Shown one piece after another: positions 53,666 to 63,381 of a DNA stretch of 64,000 bases. A model generated the notes under the pieces. The model worked only from the letters and a program-made list of their open reading frames with translations, had not been told where the DNA came from and made no database searches. The DNA lies in contig CBDESR010000005.1 of assembly GCA_965242615.1 (NCBI GenBank), positions 1,300,768 to 1,364,767 on the forward strand, in the 5' to 3' direction. How positions within the stretch are numbered: position 1 is the stretch's first letter; every line of letters begins with the position of its first letter. The position numbers and the translations under genes were made by a program. This stretch comes from Dehalococcoidia bacterium. GTDB lineage: Bacteria; Chloroflexota; Dehalococcoidia; Lucifugimonadales; UBA3495.

Positions 53666-55360
53666 TTACTGCTGATTGCCCAACTCCGGATCCAGTTCGG
53701 CGGCCCGCCGCAAATCGGCAACGGCCAGGGTTTCGTTACCTAGTTGCCGCTGTGCCAATCCCCGATTGCGGTGAGCAACGGCATCACTGGGGCTTCGGAC
53801 AATAGCCCGTGTGCAATCGGCAATGGCCAAGTCATACTCACCTTTATTGAGATAGGCATAGCCCCGGCCGTTGTAGGCAAGGGCATCTCCGGGTCTCAAG
53901 GCAATGGCTTGGCTGAGGTCAGCAATGGCCAAGTCATGCTCCCCTTTGTCGGAGTAAGCCAAGCCCCGACCGTAGTAGGCAAAGGCATAACGGGGGTTCA
54001 AGGCAATGGCTTGGCTGAAGTCAGCAATGGCTACGTCATACTCTCCTTTGAGGCGATAAGTATCACCCCGGTAGATGTAAGCAGTTGCAAACCGGGGGTA
54101 CCGGGCAATGGCTTGGCTGTAGTCAGCAATGGCCGAGTCATGCCCCCCTTTGTTCAGATAGGCACTGCCCCTGTCGAAGTAGGCATCCGCATCGTCGGGA
54201 TTCAGGACAATGGCTTGGCTGAAGTCAGCAATGGCTAAGTCATGCTCCCCTTTAATCCCATAAGTATCGCCCCGGTAGATGTAAGCAGTTGTAAAACCGG
54301 GGTTTAGAGCAATAGCTTGACTGTAGTCAGCAATCGCCAAGTCATGCTCCCCCTTCCGGCGATAGGCACCGCCCCTGTCGAAGTAGGCATCCGCATCGTC
54401 GGGGTTCAGGGCAATGGCTTGGCTGTAATCGGCAATAGCCAAGTCATACGCACCCTTGTTGGAGTAGGCATCACCCCGGCTGTAGTAGGTATCGGCATCG
54501 CCGGGGTCCAAGTCAATGGTTTGGCTGAAGTCGGCAATCGCCAACTCGTAATCTCCCTTGTCACTGTAGGCAGAGCCTCGAAAGAAGTAGGCATCGGCAT
54601 CGCCGGAGTTCAGGGCAATGGCTTGGCTGAAGTCGGCGATTGCCAAGTCGTGATCCCCCTTGTCACTGTAGGCAATGCCCCGGCTACGGTATGTGTCTGC
54701 ATAGCCAAAGTTCAGGGCGATGGCTTGGCTGAAGTCGGCAACAGACAACTCATACTCACCATTGCGGAGATATGCCATGCCCCGATAGCAGTAGGCAACA
54801 GCAAAGTCAGGGTTCAGAGTAATGGAGCGATTGTAGTCAGCAATGGCCAAGTCGTCCGCTCCCTTGCCGGAGCAGGCGTTTCCCCGGATGTAGTAGGCAT
54901 AGGCATCGTCGGGGTCCACGGCAATAATCTGACTGAAATCTGCAATCGCCGCGTCGTATTCTCCTTTGTCATGATAGGCATAGCCCCGACTGTAGTAGTA
55001 GGCAGACGCATTGCCGGGGTTCAGGACAAGGGCTTGGCTGAAGTCGGCAATCGCCAAGTCATGCTCGCCTTTGCTGAGGTAGGCATCGCCACGGGTGTCC
55101 CAAGCAAAGTCGTCCTCGGGAGTCAAGACGATAACTTGGCTGAAGTCGGCGAGTGCCGAGGCATACTCTCCATTTTCAAGATAGGCAACGCCCCGGTTGT
55201 AGTAAGCAGTCGCATCGCCAAGGTCCAAGGCGATGGCTTGGCTGTATCTGGCAATTGCCAAGTCGCACTCAAATTTGTTCCGATAGACGTTGACCCGGTT
55301 GCGGTACGCCGCCGCATCCCCCAAGTCGCCGCCCCGCTCCAACCCGCTGAACTTCACCAT
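53666..55360 (-). CDS. Tetratricopeptide repeat protein (about 16 tandem TPRs)
   Basis: 34-aa periodicity with AIADFSQAIALNP.DADAYY.RG.AY..KGEHDL throughout. Confidence 0.9.
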   Translation of the reverse strand: MVKFSGLERGGDLGDAAAYRNRVNVYRNKFECDLAIARYSQAIALDLGDATAYYNRGVAYLENGEYASALADFSQVIVLTPEDDFAWDTRGDAYLSKGEHDLAIADFSQALVLNPGNASAYYYSRGYAYHDKGEYDAAIADFSQIIAVDPDDAYAYYIRGNACSGKGADDLAIADYNRSITLNPDFAVAYCYRGMAYLRNGEYELSVADFSQAIALNFGYADTYRSRGIAYSDKGDHDLAIADFSQAIALNSGDADAYFFRGSAYSDKGDYELAIADFSQTIDLDPGDADTYYSRGDAYSNKGAYDLAIADYSQAIALNPDDADAYFDRGGAYRRKGEHDLAIADYSQAIALNPGFTTAYIYRGDTYGIKGEHDLAIADFSQAIVLNPDDADAYFDRGSAYLNKGGHDSAIADYSQAIARYPRFATAYIYRGDTYRLKGEYDVAIADFSQAIALNPRYAFAYYGRGLAYSDKGEHDLAIADLSQAIALRPGDALAYNGRGYAYLNKGEYDLAIADCTRAIVRSPSDAVAHRNRGLAQRQLGNETLAVADLRRAAELDPELGNQQ

Positions 55361-55437
55361 TTGCTCCGCTCCTGCTCCCGTTCCTTGTCCGGTATAACCG
55401 TTCCAGCATTACCCGCCCATTATACCCACCGCCCCGC

Positions 55438-56376
55438 CTACTCCGCCAGCAGGCCGATACCCGTCCACCAGTGCTTGCCCTTGCCGCGCCGCCGCCGTTG
55501 AAAGCCCTGGGCCGTCAACTGCATCCCGAAAGTGCGCTGCGGCAGCGGCTCCCGCCCCTGTTCCTGACACCAATCGCTATAAGCCTGATAAAAGTCTTTG
55601 GCAATTATCAGGGCATCATTGCCCACCACGCAGCGGGCGGTGACGAACTCGGCAACTTCGGTCAGCGGCGATTTCTCCCCGGACTCCGCCGCCCGGGCGG
55701 CCGCCGCCGCGGCTTTAGCCGCCGCTTCCCGTTCCGCTTCGGCCTGCGCGGCGGCCAGAGCCTTGGCTTCCTCCGCCAAATGCGCCTTTTCCACCTGCTC
55801 GCTGCAATACTGGAGCAGCGCCATATAGCGTTGCAGCCCGCCGAAATCGTCCCACAGCACTTCCTTGCCATCGAGGATCGAGGCGTCGAGGGTAAATTCC
55901 ACCGGCTTGACCTCGAAGCGATGCCGGTAATCCGGGGGGCAGACCCACACCGGGGAAAGCAAATCCCGGCTCATCGTGTTGCTGAGCAGGTACAGAGCGC
56001 AGCGGGCGGCTTTAAGGTCCGGATCCGGGTCTTGCAGCGGCTGACCCTTGTAGGTCATTTCCATCGTGCGGTGGGTCTGGATAGCGGAGAAGGCGAACGA
56101 GCCGCGTATCTGGTTGTTGATGCAGCGCACCAGTTCCCGGTTGTCCCGCAGCTTCAAGGGCGCATCCACCTCCACCGTGTCATCATTCAACGCCTTGAAC
56201 TCCGTCTTGCCCGGCACATAGGCGGCGGTGATGACCCCGCGCTGCGCGGCCGCCCACAACGCAATGGACAGGGCCAAGTTCTCCTTGACCATCTTAATGT
56301 TCGATGCGGATGGCACCACGGCAATACCCCCTGAACTAGCGGAAGGGTTTCCGCTTCCCCCATTTTCCTGCTGCAA
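55438..56376 (-). CDS. Hypothetical protein; C-terminus resembles the phage/plasmid primase C-terminal region
   Basis: Ala-rich coiled segment, then FYQAYSDWCQEQGREPLPQRTFGMQLTAQGFQRRRRGKGKHWWTGIGL. The start is uncertain. Confidence 0.35.
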   Translation of the reverse strand: MQQENGGSGNPSASSGGIAVVPSASNIKMVKENLALSIALWAAAQRGVITAAYVPGKTEFKALNDDTVEVDAPLKLRDNRELVRCINNQIRGSFAFSAIQTHRTMEMTYKGQPLQDPDPDLKAARCALYLLSNTMSRDLLSPVWVCPPDYRHRFEVKPVEFTLDASILDGKEVLWDDFGGLQRYMALLQYCSEQVEKAHLAEEAKALAAAQAEAEREAAAKAAAAAARAAESGEKSPLTEVAEFVTARCVVGNDALIIAKDFYQAYSDWCQEQGREPLPQRTFGMQLTAQGFQRRRRGKGKHWWTGIGLLAE

Positions 56377-56482
56377 CCCGTCCTACCTCCTGGCGGCGGC
56401 AAGCCGCCCCGGATGTGGCTAATCAGCAACGCCGCCGGCCGCGCCGGAATTAAACCGGCGCCCTAACCCGGCGGCCCGCCGG

Positions 56483-57454
56483 CTACTGGTTAATGTCCAT
56501 CACCACTTTGATGATGTTGTCCTGACGCTGTTCGTACATATCGTACGCCTGCTGCACCTGGGAAAAGGGCAGCCGGTGGGTAATCATCTGGGCCGGGTCG
56601 CACCAGCCGCGCTGCCGCAATCCCACCAAATCCTGAATCTGGCTGATCGGATCGCCGCTGCGCGCCCCGGTCGTCGGGATGATGATGGGCTGCTTTTCCA
56701 TCAGCAGGTTATGCTCCAGCGGCACATAATGGTCGCTCTGGATGCCGAACAGAATAACCTGCCCGAACTGTTTAACCAGCCCGAAAGCCAGGTTAAAGGT
56801 GTCCGGGTAGCCAGCCGCCTCGACCACCACATCCGCGCCCTGGCCCCGGGTAATTTCCATTACCGCTTCCCGCAAATCCTCTTTATCCGGGTTGACGGTA
56901 TGGGTTGCGCCCATAGTGCGCGCCTTGTCCAGCCGGTAGTCCAGCAAATCGGCGGCGATAACATTCCGCGCCCCCATATTGGCCGTCAGCATCGTAAAGC
57001 TCAGCCCGATACTGCCTTGCCCCAACACCAGCACATTCTTTTGCAGCACCGTCCCCATCTGCCGGCAAGAGTATAGCACGGTGCCGGTCGGCTGGCACAT
57101 CACCCACTCCTCCAGCGGCCCCTCCTCCGGCAGCAGAATCATCCGCCCGGGATGGGAAACCAGATACTCCATCAGCCCGCCGGTGCCGCGTTCCGGGATG
57201 ACGATAACCCGCTGCCCTTCGTGGTAGGCGTCGGTGCGGCTTTCCACCACCACGCCGGCCAATTCGTGGCAGGGGCGGCCCGGCTGCATCGGATAATTCT
57301 CCTCCGGCTCAATGGGCCCGTAGCCGTGGCGGATGTCGCTGCCGCAGACCGAAACCCGCTCCAGCTTAATCAGGCACTGGCCGTCATTGGCTTGGGGCAT
57401 CTCCAGTTCCACGAAGTCAAACTGCTTGGGGGCGGCCAGTCGGGCTGCTTTCAT
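56483..57454 (-). CDS. Zn-dependent dehydrogenase (MDR, threonine/sorbitol dehydrogenase-like)
   Basis: VSVCGSDIRH, PCHELAGVV, GQGSIG nucleotide-binding loop. Confidence 0.85.
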   Translation of the reverse strand: MKAARLAAPKQFDFVELEMPQANDGQCLIKLERVSVCGSDIRHGYGPIEPEENYPMQPGRPCHELAGVVVESRTDAYHEGQRVIVIPERGTGGLMEYLVSHPGRMILLPEEGPLEEWVMCQPTGTVLYSCRQMGTVLQKNVLVLGQGSIGLSFTMLTANMGARNVIAADLLDYRLDKARTMGATHTVNPDKEDLREAVMEITRGQGADVVVEAAGYPDTFNLAFGLVKQFGQVILFGIQSDHYVPLEHNLLMEKQPIIIPTTGARSGDPISQIQDLVGLRQRGWCDPAQMITHRLPFSQVQQAYDMYEQRQDNIIKVVMDINQ

Positions 57455-57692
57455 AACTTTCTCTGCTCCGGCAAGTCAAAATTGTCCGGTTCCAGTCCGG
57501 TCAAAGCGGTCAAAATCCCGGCGGCCCCGCCGCCGCTAGGTTCCGCCTGTAATAATAATTGCTAACTTGCCGCGGGGCAAGACACTTGGGCAACTTAATT
57601 GGCAGATTATTGCCGTTTGATTTTGGGGAATTGGGGGATGTAGGGCTAATTCCGTCCCGTCCCTACAATGTCCGTTGCTGTTATCCCCCCTT

Positions 57693-59090
57693 TCACTCCC
57701 CCGTCCCCTCCACATACTCCACAAACTCTCGGTAACTGCCGAATTGGGCGGCCCTTTCCAGAAAATCCTTCAAGCTCGCACTGCGCCGCCGCAGCTCCCA
57801 TACTTGCCCCCCGATGGGGCTGACCGAACCCGGCCCGGTGGCATAGCTGCCGTAAAAGGCAAAATAGGCTTGGTTCAGCTTGCGAATGTAGTAGTTATTG
57901 GCGACAAAGTATTGCCGCCGCCGCTCCATATACGCCTCCGCCGCCTCAATCTCCCCGGCCGCCAGCAGCTCCTCAGTGCGGATGCGGGTCTGCCGCATCT
58001 CGGCGGTAAAGTCAAAGCCGCCGGCCGGTACGACCGGCAACGGCGGCGGCTCGTCTGATGATGCGGCGGCAGTAATCAGGTTCGGCGGCCGTGGCCGACC
58101 GGTCATCGCCGCCCACGCCAAATCGCCCAACTCCGCGCCCGCTACGGACGCCACCGTTTCATTCAGCGTCAGCATCTCCGGGCTGGCTTGAAAGTTGCGG
58201 CCCAAAGGTCGAAAAAACAGCCACTGGTGCAGCCATTCGTGGGCCGTGATTTCCAGAGCGTAGCGCAGTCCCACCGTATCCAGCACGATGCTGGGATAGA
58301 CCGACAACCCGCCGGTGTCCTCGACCAGGGCCGACAAGTTAGCCGCGCGCAACAGTTCCTCCTCAATCTCCCCTTTGACCGCGACGCTGAGCCCGGGACG
58401 CAGCAGTACCGACTGCTGCCGCGCGATGCGCTCCCGCGGGGAAACCACCAGTACGCTCGGCGGCCCGCCAAACACCGCATCCACCGGGGGAAAGACGCCG
58501 CCCCAGGGCGCGGTTATGCCCTGCGCCGCCAAAACCTCGGACAGTTCCGCCTCAACCGTCGCCTCCGCCGCCGGCCGCAGTTGTTGCCGCCGCCGCTCCC
58601 GGCGGGACAGCGCGGTCAGTTCCTGTACCGTCGTCGGCCGGTAGGCAACGGTGTTTTGTCGCTGCCGCCGCGCCCAACGCCGCTGTTCCTGTCCCAGGGC
58701 AAAGAATTCCTGAGCTTGCGCCAGCCGCTCCGCCCGGGGCAATTCCTCCCGGCCCGGCCACAAAGCCGCCAACCACCGCAGCCCCTTATCCGGCAGGTGG
58801 TTCAACTCCCAAGCAACAATGCTGTAGCGGTAAGGGGCGGCCGCCAAATCTACCGCCGAAGGCCGATAATCGCCGCCGCCGGCCGCCAGCAGCACCCCGC
58901 TCAATAGCAGCAGCAGCAACGCCCGGCGCAACCGCCGCCAAACCCGCCGGGCCAGATCCCGGCCCCCGGCCGGCGCCGCCGTTTCAGAGCTATAGCCAGG
59001 AAAGCAATCCACCCCAAAATGATACCACGCCGCTACCGCCCGTTGCCCCAGCGGTCCAAATGGCAGCAGCCCACCGCCAAAGCCGCCCAT
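57693..59090 (-). CDS. Putative membrane-anchored HExxH metallopeptidase-like protein
   Basis: ORF 57693..59243, whose 5' part overlaps the upstream gene; I tentatively use ATG 59090. TM LLLLLLSGVLLAAGG; ITAHEWLHQW (HExxH). Confidence 0.45.
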   Translation of the reverse strand: MGGFGGGLLPFGPLGQRAVAAWYHFGVDCFPGYSSETAAPAGGRDLARRVWRRLRRALLLLLLSGVLLAAGGGDYRPSAVDLAAAPYRYSIVAWELNHLPDKGLRWLAALWPGREELPRAERLAQAQEFFALGQEQRRWARRQRQNTVAYRPTTVQELTALSRRERRRQQLRPAAEATVEAELSEVLAAQGITAPWGGVFPPVDAVFGGPPSVLVVSPRERIARQQSVLLRPGLSVAVKGEIEEELLRAANLSALVEDTGGLSVYPSIVLDTVGLRYALEITAHEWLHQWLFFRPLGRNFQASPEMLTLNETVASVAGAELGDLAWAAMTGRPRPPNLITAAASSDEPPPLPVVPAGGFDFTAEMRQTRIRTEELLAAGEIEAAEAYMERRRQYFVANNYYIRKLNQAYFAFYGSYATGPGSVSPIGGQVWELRRRSASLKDFLERAAQFGSYREFVEYVEGTGE

Positions 59091-59545
59091 TCCTGCGTGC
59101 TTTTCGGACAGCCAATCAGTTCCAGCCGCACCATCACCGCATAAGCCAGCTGCTCCGGCGGCGCCCGGGAATGTCCCAGCAGCGCCGCCCGTACGACCGT
59201 AGCCGGATAGGTGTAAAGCGGCAAACGGCAGCCCGCCGACCACTGCGCCAACGCCGTATCCAGCAGTTCCAACGCCGGCTCCGGCCAGCGCACCCCCGCC
59301 GGCTGCCCGTAGGCAATGGCCGCCGGCTCACACCACGCCGCCAATTTATCCAACGCCGCCGCCAGATGCCGCACCCGGTCCACGGCGTCCAGCCGCCGCT
59401 GCCGCGGCAGTCGGATGTTGCCGGTCTCCCCGGCCCGCTTTCCCCGGAACACCGCCCAACCGGTTTCCCGCACCCCGGCATTCAACGCCAGCAGCGCCGG
59501 CCCGCCCGCCAAATCCGCCCTTGGCGTATAATGGCCGCCGGTCAC
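59033..59545 (-). CDS. RuvC-like fold protein with substituted catalytic residues
   Basis: LALNAGVRETGWAV (Asn where RuvC has Asp7), AIAYGQP (no Glu66 equivalent), QEWAALAVGCCH (E/A where RuvC has D138/D141). Confidence 0.4.
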   Translation of the reverse strand: MTGGHYTPRADLAGGPALLALNAGVRETGWAVFRGKRAGETGNIRLPRQRRLDAVDRVRHLAAALDKLAAWCEPAAIAYGQPAGVRWPEPALELLDTALAQWSAGCRLPLYTYPATVVRAALLGHSRAPPEQLAYAVMVRLELIGCPKSTQEWAALAVGCCHLDRWGNGR

Positions 59546-59823
59546 CGGATTACCGCCGGGCCCGCCGGATACCCCGTCCCGGATAGAACCGCCGCCTCCT
59601 TTTCCGCCGCCCGGTTCGTTTCCGGCCCGGGCAATGCCGTCCCCGGCAAGACAATGGGAAAGGTCGGACTAGCGGCTGCGGCCGGCGGTTCAGCCGCCGG
59701 TTCGCCCCGCCGGTACAAGCCCACATAGTAGCAACTCCCGCATTGCAGGCAAATCCAGTCCCCGCAATCCCGGGCCAAATCGCCGCCGCATTTCCGGCAG
59801 CCCTTCAACAGATAATCGTTCAT
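59542..59823 (-). CDS. Zinc-ribbon protein
   Basis: ATG 59823 after GGAGG. MNDYLLKGCRKCGGDL....CLQCGS; ATGA overlap with the next gene. Confidence 0.55.
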   Translation of the reverse strand: MNDYLLKGCRKCGGDLARDCGDWICLQCGSCYYVGLYRRGEPAAEPPAAAASPTFPIVLPGTALPGPETNRAAEKEAAVLSGTGYPAGPAVIR

Positions 59824-60087
59824 CCTTGCCTCCGATGTTTGTCCGCTGCCTTGACCAAGCAATAAAGAATTATTGTTCTATATCATCCGTCAATTGTCAA
59901 GACCCCACAGCCGGCAATTTGGAACTGTGAGGAAACCGGATTCCCGTTGGCACGAGCCGGGCGGTAGGCAGAACGGCGAAACGCCTGTAAGGTTCAAGTA
60001 TATGCCACCGCCCTTGACGCCGTCGCCAATCCCCGGCATAATGCCTCCACCAACCAGCCCCCTTAACCCAACAGCAAAGGAGCCACG

Positions 60088-60393
60088 ATGACCACTTTGG
60101 AACGGGAACCGATCCAGCTGCTCGGCTATCTGGAAGGTCGGATTGAGGAGCAGTCCGCCGCCATCCAGGAGATAAAAGACGGGCAGCAGCAAATCCTCGC
60201 CCGCTTTGACCAGATGCAGACCTTTATGGTCAACCGCATGGACCAGATCCAAGCCGAGTCCAACAGCAAGATTGACCAAGTAGAAGCCCGGGTCACTAGC
60301 CGCATCGATCGGGTGTTTATGGCCTTGGCCGGATTGGCCACCGGGATCATTGTCACCCAATTCGGCGTGATAGTTACCCTCCTCTTGCAGTAG
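60088..60393 (+). CDS. Tail-anchored coiled-coil protein, copy 1
   Basis: AAAGGAG RBS; hendecad-like Q/D-rich helix; C-terminal TM LAGLATGIIVTQFGVIVTLLL. Confidence 0.6.
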   Translation: MTTLEREPIQLLGYLEGRIEEQSAAIQEIKDGQQQILARFDQMQTFMVNRMDQIQAESNSKIDQVEARVTSRIDRVFMALAGLATGIIVTQFGVIVTLLLQ

Positions 60394-60452
60394 CCGCCCC
60401 GGCCCGCCGGCGGAACTCCTTACGACCTTAACCCAACAGCAAAGGAGCCACT

Positions 60453-60824
60453 ATGACCACTTTGGAACGGGAACCGATCCAGCTGCTCGGCTATCTGGAA
60501 GGGCGGATTGAGGAGCAGTCCGCCGCCATTCAGGAGATAAAAGACGGGCAGCAGCAAATCCTCGCCCGCTTTGACCAGATGCAGACCTTTATGGTCCATC
60601 GCATGGATCAAATCCACGCCGAGGTCAACGACAAGATTGACCGCGCCCACGCCGAGTCCAACAGCAAGATTGACCGCGCTTACGCCGAGCTCAACAACAA
60701 AATTGACCAGGTGGAAGCTCGGGTCTCCAGCCGCATCGACCGGGTGTTTATGGCCTTGGCCGGATTGGCCACCGGCATCATTGTCACCCAATTCGGCGTG
60801 ATAGTTACCCTCCTCTTGCGGTAG
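60453..60824 (+). CDS. Tail-anchored coiled-coil protein, copy 2 (two extra 11-aa modules)
   Basis: First 44 aa identical to copy 1; insertion HAEVNDKIDRAHAESNSKIDRAYAELNNKID. Confidence 0.6.
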   Translation: MTTLEREPIQLLGYLEGRIEEQSAAIQEIKDGQQQILARFDQMQTFMVHRMDQIHAEVNDKIDRAHAESNSKIDRAYAELNNKIDQVEARVSSRIDRVFMALAGLATGIIVTQFGVIVTLLLR

Positions 60825-60851
60825 CCACCTATCCCGCCGGCGGAACTCCTT

Positions 60852-62204
60852 ATGACCATTCAACCCGACCCTCCCGACAATAGCCCGGCCGACTCTGATA
60901 CCGACGCCGGCCACATCCTCCCCAACCTGCTCCTGTTCGGGGAAACCCTGCGCCGCCTCGGCCTAGACTTCGGCTCCGGCAATATGCTCGACTTGGTGCG
61001 GGCCACCGAAACCATCCCCATCGGCCGCAAGCAGGACTTCCGCCACGCCGCCCGCTGCCTCTTGGTCCACCGCAAACCGGATTTGCCCCTCTTTGATGAC
61101 GCCTTCCAAATCTTTTGGCGCCGCCCGGCCCACGGTATCAGCGCCCGCGACCTGCGCAGTATGGGCGAGGAACGCCGCTACCGCCATCCCCGAGTCGGCC
61201 CGCCCGCCGCCGACTCCGACCCCGGCGCCGCCCTCGGCCGCGCCCCCGAGAACCAGGCCGGCATTGACCTGAGCCAAACCTACAGCGGACGGGAAGTGCT
61301 GCGCCACAAAGACTTCGCCGACTTCACCCCCCTGGAAATCGCCCAAGCCAAAACAATGTTGTCCGAACTTTCCTGGGACTTGGGCCGCCGCCGCTCCCGC
61401 CGCACCGAACCCGGCGCCGGCCGCCTCCCGGACTGGCGGCAAACCCGGCGTCAAAGCCTCCAATACGGCGGCGAACCCCTGACCCTGGCTTACCGCCAAC
61501 GCCGGGAAAAGCCCCGCCCCCTGGTACTGCTCTGCGATGTCAGCGGCTCTATGGAACGCTATACCCGGATGCTGCTCCACTTCATCCACGCCATTGCCGG
61601 CGACCTCGGCCGGGTCGAAGCCTTCCTCTTTGCCACCCGCCTGACCCGCATCACCCGCTGCCTCAACTACCGCAGCATCGACCAAGCCGTCAACGAAGTA
61701 GCCCGCGCCGTCCCCGACTGGGCGGGCGGCACCCGCATTGGCGCCGCCGTCAAAGCCTACAACTACGCCTGGGCCCGCCGCACCCTCGGCAATGGCGCCG
61801 TAGTCCTGATTATCTCCGACGGCTGGGATCGCGGCGAACCGGAACTGCTATCCAAAGAAATGTCCCGTTTGCAGCGCAGTTGCCACCGCCTCATCTGGCT
61901 GAATCCCCTCTTGGGTTCGCCCAACTACCAGCCCCTGACCCAGGGGATGCAAGCCGCCCTCCCTTATGTGGACGATTTCCTGCCGGTGCATAACCTCGAC
62001 AGCCTGGAATCCTTGGCCCAACACCTGAACCAGTTAAGCCCCCGCCGCGCTCCCCTCCGCCGCGGCGCCGCCAAAACCAACTTCGCAGAACCGGATGAAC
62101 CCACAAATCCCCCGGCAACCCCATCCCGCTCCCACGGCCAAATCAATCCGGCCTTAGCCCCCACCTTCCGCCATCCCCGTTGGGGCCAGCCGCCTACCGT
62201 CTAG
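60852..62204 (+). CDS. VWA domain protein, CoxE family
   Basis: LLCDVSGSM (MIDAS), GGTRIG, IISDGWDRG, RLIWLNPLLG. Confidence 0.85.
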   Translation: MTIQPDPPDNSPADSDTDAGHILPNLLLFGETLRRLGLDFGSGNMLDLVRATETIPIGRKQDFRHAARCLLVHRKPDLPLFDDAFQIFWRRPAHGISARDLRSMGEERRYRHPRVGPPAADSDPGAALGRAPENQAGIDLSQTYSGREVLRHKDFADFTPLEIAQAKTMLSELSWDLGRRRSRRTEPGAGRLPDWRQTRRQSLQYGGEPLTLAYRQRREKPRPLVLLCDVSGSMERYTRMLLHFIHAIAGDLGRVEAFLFATRLTRITRCLNYRSIDQAVNEVARAVPDWAGGTRIGAAVKAYNYAWARRTLGNGAVVLIISDGWDRGEPELLSKEMSRLQRSCHRLIWLNPLLGSPNYQPLTQGMQAALPYVDDFLPVHNLDSLESLAQHLNQLSPRRAPLRRGAAKTNFAEPDEPTNPPATPSRSHGQINPALAPTFRHPRWGQPPTV

Positions 62205-62584
62205 CTTTCCGCCAGTTCCTCGGCGTCCCGAATGTAGCTGATGGTCTCCCGGATGTCGGCGATTACCGAATCCTCCGGTTCACACATCCCGTCGTAAAAA
62301 CAAGCCCCGTGCAGCACATAAGCCTTGTGCGTGTAGCGGCTTTCCAAAGGTTTCAGGGCTTCGTCCCCGCGGCTCAACTCCCGCAGACCACGCAAAGTCC
62401 GGCCGGTAGTGCGCGGTTCCCGACCGGCCCGGGCCAGCACCAACGCGTCAGTAGCCCGCTTGGTTGCGCCCCACGCCTTTTCCGCCGCGTTGCGTATCTT
62501 GCCCGACTCCAACTGCTCCAGGGCATCGTCATAAAGCTCCCGAGCATCGGCGAAAAGCACTCCAACCCGTTCCGTTTCCAGCAT
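62201..62584 (-). CDS. PaREP1-like helical protein
   Basis: LYDDALEQLESGKIRNAAEKAWGATKRATDALVLA....YVLHGACFYDG. Confidence 0.45.
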   Translation of the reverse strand: MLETERVGVLFADARELYDDALEQLESGKIRNAAEKAWGATKRATDALVLARAGREPRTTGRTLRGLRELSRGDEALKPLESRYTHKAYVLHGACFYDGMCEPEDSVIADIRETISYIRDAEELAES

Positions 62585-62709
62585 AAAACCTCCCTTGCCC
62601 CGTATCTGCCCGTTATGTTACCACCCTTCGGCAAAGTTACCCGGGCAAACCCCGGTTTGACTCCCGCCGGCATAGCTGTTAATCTCTTACCCCCAAGCGA
62701 GGTAACAAA

Positions 62710-63381
62710 ATGCCCTTTTGCCCCAACTGCGGCCGCGAAACCCAGTCCCAAGCCAACTTTTGCCCCGCTTGCGGTGCCGAATTGGCCGCAGTACCGGTCA
62801 CCTCGAATCCAGTGGAGACGCCCGGGGAATTGCCTTATCACATTTCCTTGAACCGTATCGTATTGATGACGGTATTGTCCCAAGGCCTGTATCTCTTTTA
62901 CTGGTTCTACCTGACCTGGAAGCAGTACCGCGATCATACCGGAGACGTAGCATACCCTGTTTGGCACGTCTTGACCATGTATGTGCCAATCTATGAACTG
63001 TTCCGCATTCATGCCCATGCCCGCACTTACCGGGACTTGATGCGGCTCGCCGGGGTTGCCAGCTCTATCAAGGCATGGTTGGCGGTGGTGCTATGGTTTA
63101 TCTCGGTGAGAATAGTAGTAATCCAATTCTGTATCTCCGTTACCCTCCTTTCCGACGAGGCGAGGGATTTTTACGGAGCTGTCCCACTCCTTGGTATTCT
63201 CGGGTTTGCAATTGGATTGGTCATTGCCTTGCTCTGGCACCTTCAGAGCAACATAAACCGGTACTGGCGGGGATTTCTCAATGCGCGCGTAACCTCAGCT
63301 CGCATCGGAGTAGGCGAGATAATTTTTGCTATTATTGGGGTATTGGCTTGGGCTGCTTTCGTTACGTACATATTCAGATAG
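62710..63381 (+). CDS. Zinc-ribbon plus DUF4234-like multi-pass membrane protein
   Basis: MPFCPNCGRETQSQANFCPACG, then LYLFYWFYLTWKQ and several TM segments. Confidence 0.6.
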   Translation: MPFCPNCGRETQSQANFCPACGAELAAVPVTSNPVETPGELPYHISLNRIVLMTVLSQGLYLFYWFYLTWKQYRDHTGDVAYPVWHVLTMYVPIYELFRIHAHARTYRDLMRLAGVASSIKAWLAVVLWFISVRIVVIQFCISVTLLSDEARDFYGAVPLLGILGFAIGLVIALLWHLQSNINRYWRGFLNARVTSARIGVGEIIFAIIGVLAWAAFVTYIFR

